From Callorhinchus milii (Eukaryota), in NCBI RefSeq assembly GCF_018977255.1, contig NW_024704745.1, positions 22,568,001 to 22,632,000 of the forward strand: DNA of 64,000 nt. Direction: 5' to 3'. The translations under genes and the position numbers were made by a program. Position 1 is the first letter of the stretch, and each line of letters begins with the position of its first letter. Below are positions 61,501 to 64,000 of the stretch, piece by piece. The notes beneath the pieces were generated by a model. It was given only the letters and a program-made list of their open reading frames with translations, did not search any database and was not told the origin of the DNA.

Positions 61501-63075
61501 ATTTAAACAAACTAGTCTGTTTTTTCCCCCCAAATTATAGTAATCTTTACATGTTGTTATGCTGCCAACAATGTCAATAAGCTGCAAAATGTTTCACAGA
61601 TAATGTTGTCAAGCATGGTGTCTGAATATTGATAAGCAAATACCGTACAAACGTAAATAGCCTGAAGTGATGCAGGAGTTAAATTGTCCTGTAACACCAC
61701 CTCACAGTGTTAAAATGGTATGGACTGGCCTCTCATCAGAAACTGTCTTTGAAAAATTAATGAACTCATTTAAAAAAATAACTAATGACTATCTAGTTAT
61801 GCAAAGACAGGACTAAATATTTTATAGATATGTGATTGAATACTCCCATTTCAATCCTGTTGAAGGCTTCACTGCTCATTCAAAACTGTTCAAAATTTCG
61901 GAATATAATTCTAATCCCAATTCCTGACTATATAATAATGCAACATACCTAGTCTGTCTTCAGAAAAGACACTAGACAAATATTACCTTTATCCGATCAA
62001 ATTTTATAAGAACCAAAAAGCAGGAACTAGAATAGAATAATTCTTCAAATGAGACGTTAAACCGAGGTCCCATCTACAGGTTCCGGTGGACATTAGCACT
62101 TTTCGAAACCAAAGTGTCTCCCAGTGTCAGGCAACAATTACCCCAAATAAAATCGGTTGTTCACTTCATTGATATCCATGGGACACTGCTGTATGGTCAT
62201 TGACTGCTCAGAAAAACAGTCATTGCACTTCACAGTGCAAAAAAGTGCTTTGGGACGTCCTCCTGACGTGAAAGGCACTATATCAAATGTAAATATTATT
62301 ATTTATTTATCTGTATGTTATTTGAAGTTGTTCCACTTAGCACAGAATCTGTTTATAAAAATTGGAACAGGAACTTTAAAAGGGGAACTTAACATTTGGA
62401 TAACAAACTCAATTAGTTGTATTTTAGGCATAATAATTCTTGCATTTGATATAATGCTTTTCATGTAATCAAGATGTCTCAAAGTGCTTCACAGGATATT
62501 CCATAAAGTAGATTGACTGTATTTTGTGAGCAAAATGTGGCAGCCAGTTGCCCACGGCAATATCCCATTAAGTTTGTTTTCCTGCTGCAATTCAGCAGTC
62601 ATTTCACAGAAACTTTGTGAAACCTTTTGAGATGTCATAGGAACAATATGAAATGTAAGGATTATGCTTATTTATTATTAATCTTGTTATATCAGCCAAG
62701 ATGAGGGCATGCAGGGAGCCCTGCAGATAGTATGGAAACACTCAGGATCACTTGGGGAGTGTTTATATGGTATCTATTTAAGATCTTCCCTGAGACAGGT
62801 GGTACTCAGATTAGGAAACTTTCTAAAAGATTGATTTGTAAAGCAGTCTTGGCTATGTGCCGGTGATTCCATAGCTCTTCAGGCACTGGCTCTCCATCAA
62901 TGTGCAAACAGCAAGTTTGGGCAATATGCCAGGCTGAATGGATCAATGCCAGTTTATACTTGCAGCAAGAAGCCTTTCTAAAAGTGTGAGCCCCCATAAA
63001 GTAAAACACGTGGCTTTGCCCAAACCCATCTGGGGGCACTGGTAGTGCCCTCTCTGGCAGCTTCATCGCTAGTCA

Positions 63076-63121
63076 CCCTCCTGCTGCTGAGTTATAACCC
63101 TCCTGCTGCTCAGTTATAACC
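63076..63121. repeat. 21-bp tandem duplication
   Basis: accctcctgctgct(g/c)agttata occurs twice. Confidence 0.9.
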
Positions 63122-64000
63122 TTATACAATACAAAATACATTTAGGTTGCACCTTTCATGTCAAGTGAATGACCGAAAAGTACTTGACAAGGCTTGCTGG
63201 CCACCTGAGCTGGGGGAGGGAGTGGGGGGATGGGGGTTGAGGAAAGTGGGGAGGAGAAAAATGACCGAAGCACAGTCGAAGAGGTACATTTTGAAACAGT
63301 TCTTAAATAAGGGGAGAGAGGGAGAATGTTGGAAGGACCGGAGAGTGGGGGCACAATAGCTGAAAGTCCGCTCGCTGATGGTTGGGTGGATAGGTCGGGG
63401 GACATTTAACAGAACAGGCCTCCTGTCCCCAAAGGTGGCTGCCTAAGTGAAGGGAGGATCAGTTTCTCTGATCTCTCTGGCAACATACAAAGAATGAGGG
63501 AGTGTCAGATACTTGCCCCACCCTCCATTACTACAGCTCTATTCTATGTGTACTTCACTCATCGGTCTGCATTCATCCGGTAGATACAAGCAATCTCCTG
63601 TCACAGAAGTAAAATGTGTTTGATAAGTTTACTGTGATATGTAGGGTGTTTGGATCATCACTACTTTGAGCGTTGTGTAGTTACAAACAAAAATACCCAC
63701 CCACTGTGATGTGAATTCATAGAAAGGACAGGATGTGGTTCTCTTCAAGGGGGCGCATAGGATGCTGTGAAGGTTCCTGTGGCTCTGGTTTCCTTTCTTT
63801 CTGTATGTTTGAATGTAGTTTATCTGAATATCAATAAGAATATGTCTACATAAAAATACATTATTGAGACTTCCTCCTGACATGAAAGACACTATATAAA
63901 TGCAATTTAGTGTTGTAGCATTCTGGGAGATGGGGAGCCAGTGAAGCCGGGGAAGGATGGGGGTGATTGGCTCACAAAACTTAGTGCTGGACTTGAGCTG

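Overview
This window is vertebrate nuclear DNA. The repeat content (CR1 and L2 LINEs, tRNA-derived Deu-domain SINEs) points to a cartilaginous fish, possibly a holocephalan; this is an inference. The host gene is the P4-ATPase phospholipid flippase ATP11A on the minus strand. Its first four coding exons are 55984-56022, 6576-6698, 5274-5363 and 4953-5033, all phase 0 with GT-AG junctions; intron 1 is about 49.3 kb and exon 5 was not found in the window. The standout object is a decayed retrovirus-like element in intron 1 (about 19086-24948, + strand, antisense to ATP11A). It has a coiled-coil Gag with a major homology region and a CCHC knuckle, a single in-frame TGA before pol, and a protease. 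The RT core is deleted in frame, followed by a degenerate Ty3/gypsy-type RNase H 'tether', a retroviral-type RNase H and an integrase. After that come a splice acceptor with a truncated env-like ORF, a PPT and one 835-bp TG...CA LTR; the 5' LTR is missing. The pol side looks lokiretrovirus-like while the env stub looks gamma-type, which suggests a chimeric lineage but needs phylogenetic testing. Other observations: a SINE family whose 3' tail tracks the youngest L2, several palindromic MITE-like hairpins, an 81-bp near-perfect local inverted duplication, and a uORF plus microsatellite mosaic in the ATP11A leader. Most ORFs in the supplied track are spurious or derived from repeats. Repeat boundaries are approximate and were read by eye.
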